20,000 nucleotides of DNA from Halocafeteria seosinensis. Its lineage: Eukaryota. Made by a program: the position numbers and the translations under genes. The stretch is taken from assembly GCA_001687465.1 (NCBI GenBank), contig LVLI01000226.1, positions 52,361-72,360 on the forward strand, written 5' to 3'. The notes below the pieces were generated by a model. The model had not been told where the DNA came from. It ran no database searches and saw only the letters and a list, made by a program, of their open reading frames with translations. Below, piece after piece: positions 8,750 through 18,137 of this stretch; within the stretch, counting starts at the first letter, position 1, and each line of letters starts with the position of its first letter.

Positions 8750-11700
8750 ATGGATGCACTGGAAGCTGAAGTCGCCGCGTTCGAGACCGACGTGAAGCGA
8801 CATGCACTAGCCACTACAAGTAAGAGTATACAGGACTCCCAGCAGGTGCGAGGTTACCCTTCCAGAAGATATCGGTACAGACCGGCGGTGGCGATACTGG
8901 ATCCTTCAGCGAAGAAACATACAAAATATGCTGAATCCTGGCCGGCTCGGTCGAGAGTGACAGGTTTTCAGGCCACTAAACCAAAGCGGAGGACTGCTGC
9001 GGCATCCCAGCAAACAGAGGCAGAAACTAAGCGACGTGAGAAAAATATAGAACTCGCTTCCCGTTTGTCGCGGAGTGCACTGTACGAATGTGATCCGAAT
9101 CGGTCTGTCGCACGGGACAGTACGGCCAAACGAAATCGGCTACCTGGGTTACAATTGGAAAGTGAGTCTCATAATACTGAGTGTAAACCTTCGTACATCG
9201 GACAACAGAAATGGGGAGTCGACTGTCTGAAGGAAGACTCTTCTGATGCGTCATTCAACGCAATTGCTGCTTATCCATCGGCGGCTGTGCTCTCCACTCG
9301 GAACCAAATGGGAAGGGAGAGCAAGGCACCAAGACGTCGTTCGACCTCCGGTCACTACAGGCGTCGTGAAACGAGAACGGTTAAACAAAATCCAAAAGAA
9401 TCGCTATCCCGAGAAAAAACGGGCAACATGTCCAGAATTATCGCTGGCCACACCTTCCGGTCCAGAACTCACGTTTGTCCCGTACCGCAAGCTGAGCACA
9501 AAGACGATAGCGCAGTGAGGCGAATTATGAGACCCCACGAGAGTGGCGACATAGGTCAATGTGGCATAAATTCGTCTACATCGGAGGTTCACCGTCGTTC
9601 CATACGTCGTTCTGCTAAGGACACAAGGCCAAAAAGGATCTATGGTGCCTGCTTTCCCGATGCTGGCAGTAGGAGAGCCAGTCGGACGAAACAAATGTCG
9701 AAAGTCTCCGCTGATGAGCAACCTCACTCCCCAACTTCTGGAGAAAGTGGGTACAAACTCAAGGACTCTCCTGTTTCCACAGCTTCTATGCAGCGTCCAA
9801 CACGACAAGTAAGGGAGAGTGAGCGTATGAGGAAGTATGAGGGTGAGAGCAGCGGAGAACGACTTATTCAAAGTGCCAGGTTTTCAACAGAAAATCTCAA
9901 ACGGAATGTAAAAAATTCGGGAGATGGGAACTGTTGGCTACCCATTCAAGGGCATGGCAAGGCAGCGCGAGAAAGCGAGGGGAAAGAGCCAATGGATTTC
10001 AAGTCCACGGAAACGTCGCTAAGACAAAACGCTATCCGCGATCTATCGTCATGCCTTACAACAGTCCACGACAATTTGGAGGATGATGATATTTCCCTTT
10101 CGTCTCTTTTTCTAGACGTCCTGGACATTTTGCAAGAACCTCGGAAGGACTCTACATGGGGAGAGGTATCAGGGTCGATGCGAGGAGGGGCATCTAAACA
10201 GGATCGCGAAGATCCCCTTCTTAGGCAGACGGCCGTTACAGATATACAACGATGCTTGTCAGGCATTGGGGATGGGAAGCGAACTCCTGAAGAGGACGAT
10301 GTGAAAACATTATTGCTGCAGGTGCTGCCGTTGCTTGGTGGATCTGCAGACAGGGAACAGCTTGCTTGTCGTAAAACTCGCCGAAGGGTTTTGTCCCAGA
10401 CCAAACCTATTTACCCCGGTCCTGGAGAATACGATGTCTCCGCAAAAGTAGCTGTTAGTGCTCGCGGTCTGAAACAGTATGCATACCATGTCATAGACTG
10501 GAACAGTCTTTTGAACCCCCCGGCTAGTGTTCATCCAGCGAGGAAACCGCATTTTCAGCTATACCGCACAGGAAATTATCTTGCAGTTGACTCCTTCTCG
10601 CGGAATGTAGAGCGTGCTCAGCACATGTTATCCGCGTATGCGCATGAGTTGAGTTCAGGCGGTGGAGACTTCAATAGGGTTGTGCTACTTTTCCTCTTGT
10701 ATGGATGGATGCAAAGTTTTCAACTAATGTATGAGAGGTACTATATGACAGTGAAATCGTTACAGGAGATAAGCCGCAATGTCTATGCGTTCTATCATCA
10801 ATGTAGCAAAACAGCTGTGTTCGTTAATTGGCTTGAGGCGCAAAAGACTGCAAGCATTCTACTTAGAAAACTAGAAGAAGTAGTTTGTTGCCAATATCAA
10901 AGTGCAGTAACTTTGGCTCCCCCGCGATTAGAGCAGACTCTTTGCTCACGTATTAAGGTTTTATGCCAGGCCTCAGAGAAACGGGAGGATGTGGTTTGGC
11001 GTTTGGTAGGTGAAGTATGCTCAATACTTTGCCGATTCTGGTCCGTTTACAGGTCACGGAATATCTCGCTAGATTGCTATGCTTTGCCAGAAGCGCCTCA
11101 TCTATCTCTTCGACGTCTGCATAATACTCGGAGGCAATTACATGTACCTAGAAGGTCGGGTGGGGAATTTGCTTCACTGAGTAAGCGGAAACCACCACGT
11201 GAGGTTTACAAGCAGAGTGCTAAGGAGGTAAATGATTCGGATGAGCGCTCCGGCTGTGGACGATATTCCAAGCGAGAGGAAAAGAGGACGAAAGCATCTG
11301 TTGTGGAGAATTTTGGGGAGGACGATGGTGCCACCAGGAAAATGACCGACTCGAAAGAGTCATGGGGAGAACAACCTGTCGAGTTGTTGGGAGATAACTC
11401 AGATTCTTATTTCACTGAGTTGTTTGACGAAAATGGGAATATGCTTGTCACTGCTGATGATGTGCAGCGCGTTATCCGCGTTTATGGGAGGTCATGTTCG
11501 AGTGAGCATCGCCCATGCACCCGTAGCCGAGATACTCACAAACAAAGGGAAGAACCAGTTGCTACGCGTCCCCCTCTGAATGTCGAGCGAGCACTGCAGT
11601 TCGTTGAGCACCGCGTTAGTGGAGGGCCTTCTTTCGCAGCTGAACAGAGATCTCGTGAGCAGACCCGTGCCTGCTCGCACCAACATGACTTGCGTTCTTT

Positions 11701-13024
11701 ATTGGCGATCAATTCGAAGGACGAATTTCTTGAGTCAGTTGAAAGATTTGGCGGTTCGAGGAAAGAGAGGCAATTGGAGGTGCCCTCACTTCCACATGCT
11801 TTGGAGGGATTAGATAAGGACAATTTCCTCAAGATTGTTAGTAGCCCCGATAAGAGAGACTTACTGCCCCGACTGAGAGCTGCTTCTGCTTCGAGGATTC
11901 CGCAGCACAAATTTCTTTCTCATATTCCGCGCAATCCGGCAGCTTTAATGGGTGTACGGCCATCGAAAGAACAACGGAAAGCGGAATGGCGAAAACAGGC
12001 CTACGAAGCGGTCCTTGAACAACGTCAAAGATGGTACGCTTCCCAGCTCCATGCCTTCAGAAATGGAAAGAAACTGCTACCCTTGAAGTATGGATACCTC
12101 CAAGGCATTGGAAGGCAAAAAGCCATAGGTGGCGTCATAAACCCGGACGCTGCGTCGAACGTACCGGATTGGGCTGTAGCAGAGGCCGCGGGGATCCCTT
12201 ATGAACAAGCAATGACATGGGACTCGGAAAACAGTCAAAAACTTTTGAATCCGCAGTTTGATTTCGGTAAAAAATCCTCGGTGAACTTCAGATTTGGTAG
12301 GGATGAAAGGTTCCCCGTAGACATTGCGCTTCCTGAAGATATGGAAGAATTAGGATACCTTATGGAGATAGATCGAATAGAGTCCTTCGAGGGGGATGAA
12401 GTTAACTTAGATATACAGAAATTGCATCGCCCTACAGGTAGGATTAAAGGCGGAAAATGGGGTTCTTCACCGAGGGCCCAAGAAAAGATAGCTGACAGCG
12501 AAGATGTAGGTGTTCCACACCACGAGCTCAAGGAGCCTTGGGATCGGTACAGTTACGTTAAGAACAGAGGGCCGCGGAATATATACATGGATAAGGAGAG
12601 TCGAAAAGAAGAACAGCTGCAGGACACTGATATTTTTGCTTGTATTGATGAGGCCTTGGATACCGAAACACTCGAGCAGTACCCCTATGACATGTCTTAC
12701 GATAGAGTTAGCAACGGAGGGCTGTCTCAAAGGTTCGGTGCTGACATTTCGCTTTCGGAGTCCTCAGAGTACGGGCTTCAACGAGGAAGTCCAACTCCCC
12801 GAGTATTTAATCTGGAAGACAGCGCGTCCACAAAACACAAGGAGCTACCAGCTAGAGGTGGCACTGGCGAAGCTTCCGCTTCACAGTCCGAAAGTACAGG
12901 ATTCGGCCAAACATCTGAACTGCTAATGGGCTTCTGCGAACGAGCCTCGACAGGCACTTCTCATTTTGGCCTTGAAAGTAGTACCGATGATGAAGCACTA
13001 ATGTTTCACGATAGCTATCACTGA
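8750..13024 (+). CDS. Large intronless hypothetical protein (~1424 aa) with an STPG/SHIPPO-like PGPGEY motif
   Basis: A 4.3-kb uninterrupted ORF with its first ATG at 8750 (MDALEAEVAAFE). It has an R/S/K-rich disordered N-terminus, PGPGEYDV at ~10415-10438, a helical middle region and several F/W-x4-5-R motifs in the C-terminal part. Coding status is well supported; function is uncertain. Confidence 0.85.
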   Translation: MDALEAEVAAFETDVKRHALATTSKSIQDSQQVRGYPSRRYRYRPAVAILDPSAKKHTKYAESWPARSRVTGFQATKPKRRTAAASQQTEAETKRREKNIELASRLSRSALYECDPNRSVARDSTAKRNRLPGLQLESESHNTECKPSYIGQQKWGVDCLKEDSSDASFNAIAAYPSAAVLSTRNQMGRESKAPRRRSTSGHYRRRETRTVKQNPKESLSREKTGNMSRIIAGHTFRSRTHVCPVPQAEHKDDSAVRRIMRPHESGDIGQCGINSSTSEVHRRSIRRSAKDTRPKRIYGACFPDAGSRRASRTKQMSKVSADEQPHSPTSGESGYKLKDSPVSTASMQRPTRQVRESERMRKYEGESSGERLIQSARFSTENLKRNVKNSGDGNCWLPIQGHGKAARESEGKEPMDFKSTETSLRQNAIRDLSSCLTTVHDNLEDDDISLSSLFLDVLDILQEPRKDSTWGEVSGSMRGGASKQDREDPLLRQTAVTDIQRCLSGIGDGKRTPEEDDVKTLLLQVLPLLGGSADREQLACRKTRRRVLSQTKPIYPGPGEYDVSAKVAVSARGLKQYAYHVIDWNSLLNPPASVHPARKPHFQLYRTGNYLAVDSFSRNVERAQHMLSAYAHELSSGGGDFNRVVLLFLLYGWMQSFQLMYERYYMTVKSLQEISRNVYAFYHQCSKTAVFVNWLEAQKTASILLRKLEEVVCCQYQSAVTLAPPRLEQTLCSRIKVLCQASEKREDVVWRLVGEVCSILCRFWSVYRSRNISLDCYALPEAPHLSLRRLHNTRRQLHVPRRSGGEFASLSKRKPPREVYKQSAKEVNDSDERSGCGRYSKREEKRTKASVVENFGEDDGATRKMTDSKESWGEQPVELLGDNSDSYFTELFDENGNMLVTADDVQRVIRVYGRSCSSEHRPCTRSRDTHKQREEPVATRPPLNVERALQFVEHRVSGGPSFAAEQRSREQTRACSHQHDLRSLLAINSKDEFLESVERFGGSRKERQLEVPSLPHALEGLDKDNFLKIVSSPDKRDLLPRLRAASASRIPQHKFLSHIPRNPAALMGVRPSKEQRKAEWRKQAYEAVLEQRQRWYASQLHAFRNGKKLLPLKYGYLQGIGRQKAIGGVINPDAASNVPDWAVAEAAGIPYEQAMTWDSENSQKLLNPQFDFGKKSSVNFRFGRDERFPVDIALPEDMEELGYLMEIDRIESFEGDEVNLDIQKLHRPTGRIKGGKWGSSPRAQEKIADSEDVGVPHHELKEPWDRYSYVKNRGPRNIYMDKESRKEEQLQDTDIFACIDEALDTETLEQYPYDMSYDRVSNGGLSQRFGADISLSESSEYGLQRGSPTPRVFNLEDSASTKHKELPARGGTGEASASQSESTGFGQTSELLMGFCERASTGTSHFGLESSTDDEALMFHDSYH

Positions 13025-13048
13025 GTACCTAAGTTGACGCTACACGCG

Positions 13049-13930
13049 TTAAACTCGACGTGCCATCCAGATAGCAGCCTTACAACCTGTTTGAATGAGG
13101 TTACTAAGGGGCTGATACAGCGGGGTTGATTCAGCGTTATTTTCCAGACCGGTATTGAGATGTTCTAACTCTTCGTCCCTATTTTTCTTCAAAATCTGCA
13201 GAAGAAAAAACGAATGAGAAAGCTATGTTAAAACGAATATAATGTATGAGCCCAGAAACGCTCAGCACCGCGTACTTGGGTAAGTTCTTCTTCGTCATAT
13301 CCTTTTTCTAGTAGCTCTCGTATCTGGTCATCGTAATGCTGACCAATTGCTGTTTCAACAGCAACAGTACACGCCATTGCTGCTTCTCGACCTAGTAGCG
13401 CAGTTCCCACTCCAAGACAATATCCTGCTGCATTCCAGAATGGTAACAGGGCTGTGGGCCGTGCTCGACGTTCTGTCAACAAGTGACTGACGTCGCGAAG
13501 GTGGTCTTCCTCCTGCTGCTTCATATGCTGCATGGCGATCCCGTGAATAGAAGATAACATCTTTCGTATTTCTTGTCGAGCTTGAATTGTTGGAAACCGA
13601 ACGTACATTGAGTAACTCTTTGTCTTTACTGCCTCCACCCAACACGGCTAGTTGTCCTTCGTAAATTCGCACCGCTCCGTATTCTCCTGCATGGTCCACT
13701 CGTAGTATTTCATCGATCAACTCTCGTCGCCGCCGGTCTGTCGTACGGATGGGCGAGGATATTTCGCTGAGATGCGTATGACGGTCGGTATCCGCATGAG
13801 AAGTGGATGCTTGCATGCTTGTAGTTCCTCGAGTAGACGTCGACGCTAAACGAAGTCCTCTAGGACGAGGAAGGTAGCTTCCCGCTACTCTCGAAAGAGT
13901 TTTAACACCTCGACGACCTAGTTGAGACAT
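13049..13930 (-). CDS. COQ7: 5-demethoxyubiquinone hydroxylase COQ7/CLK-1, mitochondrial. Exons: 13930-13607, 13527-13276, 13195-13049
   Basis: The translation gives [49 protein letters not shown] and RDEELEHL (di-iron ligands), and GCKAAIW. The N-terminus is R/S/T-rich and presequence-like. GT-AG introns of 79 and 80 nt. Confidence 0.96.
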
Positions 13931-14886
13931 CTCTACCTTCGCTGCAATAGTACCTTTCTTCTTGTTTTACAACAATACCATTGCATGCGCTTGCGCTCAA
14001 CCTGGCGCCTCACCGCTGACGTCACGAGCACCTTGTGAAGCCGAAGTGAGCGCGTTGATAACAAGTTTGCAGTGTGGGGTACACTAAGGAGATCTTCCAC
14101 AGTGTGGAGATTTCCTAAATAGTTCCTTTTAGCTAGTGGGCCATAACTATGCATTACGTACAGCCGAAGCTGATGCGAACTTCGCGCAGTTTCAGACGGG
14201 TCACTCAGAGACAGTCTGACGCCCAAAATGTATCTGTTTTGTATGATTTAAGTACATCCAATTGACTTTCACACTTTGGCATAAAACGTCACCTAACATA
14301 ACACTAACTGAACACGCTTCTTCCCCAGATGGCGACAACCACAGTACGCTCCCACCGCCTTGTTTCGGTCAATGCCACAATAGGGTTGTCCAAATTGTCC
14401 TGCTTGTGGTCTTCGGACGAAGTTCTCTGATGAGGGCCGTCATCCATCGTCTATCCCTGGTAAACTAGGAGGGTTTTATAGACCCATGAAGCGTCGACGA
14501 AACATCAAACGAGCAGCTTGCGTACATGTGTATGAGGCTCATAGGTAGAGGCGAGATACCGGTATGCGACTCACCCTGGCACGATTGGAGGAACGGATAT
14601 ATTGATAAGAAATGAAGAGTATATTGAGAGTGAAGAAGATCGACCCTCTGGACTGTCGACGTGTCATGCATGAGGCCATAGCGTGTTAGCGGTGGTACGC
14701 GTTACCGGACCTGGTGTCAAGTCGGTATCCTTGTAGACCGTTGACCAATTCCTTTAAAATGTGATACTTTTGGAAAGCAGTATTCCTTCTGTGAGAAGAA
14801 TATGGAAGTATGGTGATACTATGGTCCGCGGCGAGTGTAACCCGTTTCCCACAACAACTCTTCCGGTAGGATAAAAATACAATGCG

Positions 14887-14909
14887 CACACACACACACA
14901 CACATACAC
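14887..14909. repeat. (CA)9 microsatellite followed by TACAC
   Basis: Read directly: cacacacacacacacaca tacac. Confidence 0.95.
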
Positions 14910-14910
14910 G

Positions 14911-15040
14911 ATTTTTTCTATTTTAAAAACTATGCATTTTATATTATATTGAACTTAAATTAAAGAAAAACGTTTCATTAATTATTACATTTTATATTTA
15001 AGAACCTTTGATAATATCTATTCTAAGGTTCTAACTTAAC
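14911..15040. other. Sharply AT-rich island with a short inverted repeat
   Basis: About 130 bp of mostly A/T in otherwise balanced-GC DNA. It contains AGAACCTT (15001-15008) and AAGGTTCT (15025-15032). Confidence 0.8.
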
Positions 15041-16531
15041 AAGGGCGTGCTTGATATTTGACCGTGTCTACAATCGAATCCTTCCAATGAACAAGAAAAT
15101 GGGGAATAGCGTCAGTGGTTTTGATTTTCCGAGAGAGCGAAGCGGAAGAAAAAATTCACCATTTCTCGTTATCGATCTCTCAAGTATTTTGAGCCAAATC
15201 CGGATATCAGGAAACCATGTCCGTATTATTGAGCAATTCAAGAGCTCGACGAGAACAGAAAAGAGAATCATGAAGCCTGCCAAGGTCAATATGTCAGTGG
15301 CACGCACTAGTGAAGTATCTTTATCTTTGAAACTGCAATAAACTCATACTTCTTTTCACAAATGGCAAACGAGTGATTGAGAATTTCCTAGCACATGCTA
15401 TTGCGGGTTAATATGCACGTACTGTAAGCACGACATGTCCGGTGCGGCATTTTAGAAGAGCGAGCGACAGGTTATGGTAAGCATCTAGGTCCAATGGAAG
15501 AAAGGCCAAAACGAAGAAAGGGAAGAAAAGCTACTATGCATTATCTCTCAGTGCATGCCCTTTCGTATTCTAGGGAAATGCTGTGAAACATTGCTGCACA
15601 TACTTGAACTATGGGGCGCCGATGTTTGTGCGATGTTTGCGTCAGAGGAGAATACACACCCCGTCACTAAAAAGCCAGTTCACAGTAGGCCTCTGGAAAA
15701 GCGGAATTCCTTTGCCATAATCAGCTTCCGAAAGTGTCTCCTTCCCAGCGAAAGCCCGGTGCTTTCCTGGCAACCTCCTTCAGGGATTGTGTCGCGTCTT
15801 CCCCGAAGCCACCCGTCGACTCCACCATCATACTACTAGTATAGTACGTCCTCAGCACTCACTGTGGCCTCAAAACAAACGAGAGGTATACATCCATAGC
15901 GCATTCAATCAGAAAACATTTATCCGCAAGTAAATTGATATTTGTGGTGAAACTGCCTCTTCCTGAACATTTCATTGCATCGATACACTGCGGTACTGAA
16001 CTACATTCTCTAGCCCGTGAGCCTTCACAGAGGCCCTTACTCACCCCAGTATATTAGGGTGTTCGGATAGGAGATGCAAATGCGATGTCGAAAATGTTTT
16101 GATGACATGAACAGTTAGAACGAAGGGAGGGATAAATGTGAACGCCTTTCTTCTGGCCCATCCACCGGTAAACGTGGGGAGAGTTCGCCGTTTCTGAACA
16201 CGACACTGCCTGACGTCAACCGTGGAGAACACAATGAACACTTCATCGCGCCCTATGAAGCCAACGTGGTCTAGTTCCTGTTAATGGAGTCCTCGCATGT
16301 GGCCACACGTCAGTGATTGACTATAAATGCTTACTTTCGCCGTCCACCGGCCATGGGTCCTGGTCCAACAACACGGTGGTGGTGTGTCGCCTACTACTAG
16401 GTACAATAGTTAACGGTTTGGGAGTGAACACTCATGCTACTGTATTTGTTAGTATATAGAAGACGAGTTTGTATTACAAGAAAGTCAAGTTCGTCAACGG
16501 GGCACACCGAATCTGACTTCACTTTGGTGGC

Positions 16532-16826
16532 GGTGAAAAGGACAAGACTGGAACACCAATGAGTTGCGAATGACAAGCTCCGACAACGCCACGTACATCA
16601 ATTACTTCTGCATTCCTCTACGTTGATAATAGATAGAGGGGGTGGGTGCTACATAGAGAAACCGTATCAATGCTCAGGTGTTGGATCTGCTGTACCTGTT
16701 CACGTGCGTTGACAGCTTGACGTGGCCACGACACAATATATGTATGACTTCGCAAGCATTTCTCCGTAAAGTGCAGCCCAACAGAAGCGGTACAGAACAC
16801 AGCAAGAAAGAAAACAACCAATTTCT
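16532..16826 (+). repeat. Diverged direct repeat, copy 1 (candidate rDNA spacer promoter)
   Basis: Colinear blocks shared with 17872-18137: GGTGAAAAGGACAA; CTTCTGCATwCCTC; GTTGACAnnTTGACGTGGCCACG; ATATGTAT; AAGCATT..TCCGTAA; CAACAGAA; AGCAAG; GAAAACArCCA. The promoter role is inferred. Confidence 0.75.
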
Positions 16827-17871
16827 ACCGTGGCTACGGCGTGTATTTCTGTCAGAATGCCTATCGAGTGGTATCGCACGGTATCGGCTGCGCTGGACCA
16901 GTAGTATGCCTTTGTCTTAACCTATACCCTTATGTGGTTCAGCTCCTGGATGACCCGAGTGACTGGCGGGGCGAGGCCAGGACTGGGCAGTGAATTGCCA
17001 GACAGACGGATTCTATCGGAGGCAGTTGTCGCTATCCGGGTTAGGACAGGAAGCTCGTCAGTATTGTACGTGGATGAGCCATATGGCTGAGGAACTGCTA
17101 ATATTAGAAACTTACTCAAAGACCTCCTTAGTCGCTCAAGTACATGTATACGTGAGGATTAGTGAACACGACGTTACACAAGCTGTGCCTCAGGTTTGCG
17201 GGTAATATTGTACAAAAGTGAGTGTCGCACCAGCTCTAGGTGGGCCAGTGAGCGGCTCTTTCCGAGGAGGCAGAACAAGCGAGTTCTTGACTGTGCTGAC
17301 GTCAGCGAGGCCTGGTGAAATCTGTCAACCATATCCCGGATGCCACGTATGTCTTTTGTATTGGAATTGGAAAGGCAGTCATCATTTACAGTAACTCTTA
17401 TTTTACTTTGCCATTACGGAGCGATTTTTCTTCGGCTTTCAATCTCTTATTTGCTTTGAAGCATCGTAATGACTGATCATGGAACTGCGAACACGGATAC
17501 CGCTGACGTGGCCACTCGATCGAGCCAAACGTGAACCTAATGGACTGTAGAATGACCGATGGGGTTTAGTGAAGACGATTTGGTTTCCCTCCTGGTGATT
17601 TTAGTGGCCATAGATTGGCGATTTGACTGCGCTTTCGCAACTGCTGTACACGGGGGCCGCAAGTTGCTGGTATGAACGGAGCCTCAATGGCTTTGAGGGG
17701 TATACGCAGCCATTTTTCATACTGCAAGGTGCAACCTGCTCGGGTTCCGTAAGGCGTTAGTGTCCCACTGACCTGGAGCACTATTAGCCCTGAAGTGTGT
17801 CTCTTACCGGAAGAAGTGTAGACTACGGTACATGCTACGTTAAAGCTGACGTCATAGTGGTCACGGAGCAT

Positions 17872-18137
17872 GGTGAAAAGGACAAACAGTAAAATCCGTG
17901 TGTGACAACATTAAATAACGAGGCCCGAGAACAGCAAGTCGCTCAGAACCTTGTCCTTCTGCATACCTCCAGGTTGCCCAATGATAGTGGGATGTCCGCG
18001 TACTAAGTACTTGGGGTGTTGTTGACAAGTTGACGTGGCCACGTCAGAGGATATGTATCAGAATGTATGGCTTAAGCATTCGTCCGTAAGTGTATCGCAA
18101 CAGAATAGAGCAAGCAACTCGAAAACAGCCAGTATCT
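17872..18137 (+). repeat. Diverged direct repeat, copy 2 (candidate RNA Pol I gene promoter)
   Basis: It has the same ordered blocks as 16532-16826 at an offset of ~1310-1350 bp and lies ~1.7-1.9 kb upstream of 18S. Confidence 0.75.
18031..18046. promoter_or_regulatory. Perfect 16-bp palindrome TGACGTGGCCACGTCA (two ACGT-core bZIP-type sites)
   Basis: The sequence is self-complementary as read. Partial copies lie at 16298-16312, 16718-16730 and 17504-17515. A regulatory role is inferred. Confidence 0.5.

Noticed and set aside
9027..12926. Antisense and alternate-frame ORFs overlapping the large ORF (also those over MCM8, MAK16 and 5696-6550)
   Set aside because: These are shadow ORFs of real coding sequence with no independent protein features.
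8750..13024. Large intronless ORF as a retroelement or viral gene
   Set aside because: No RT, integrase, protease, gag zinc-knuckle or transposase motifs were seen, and there are no flanking LTR, TIR or TSD.
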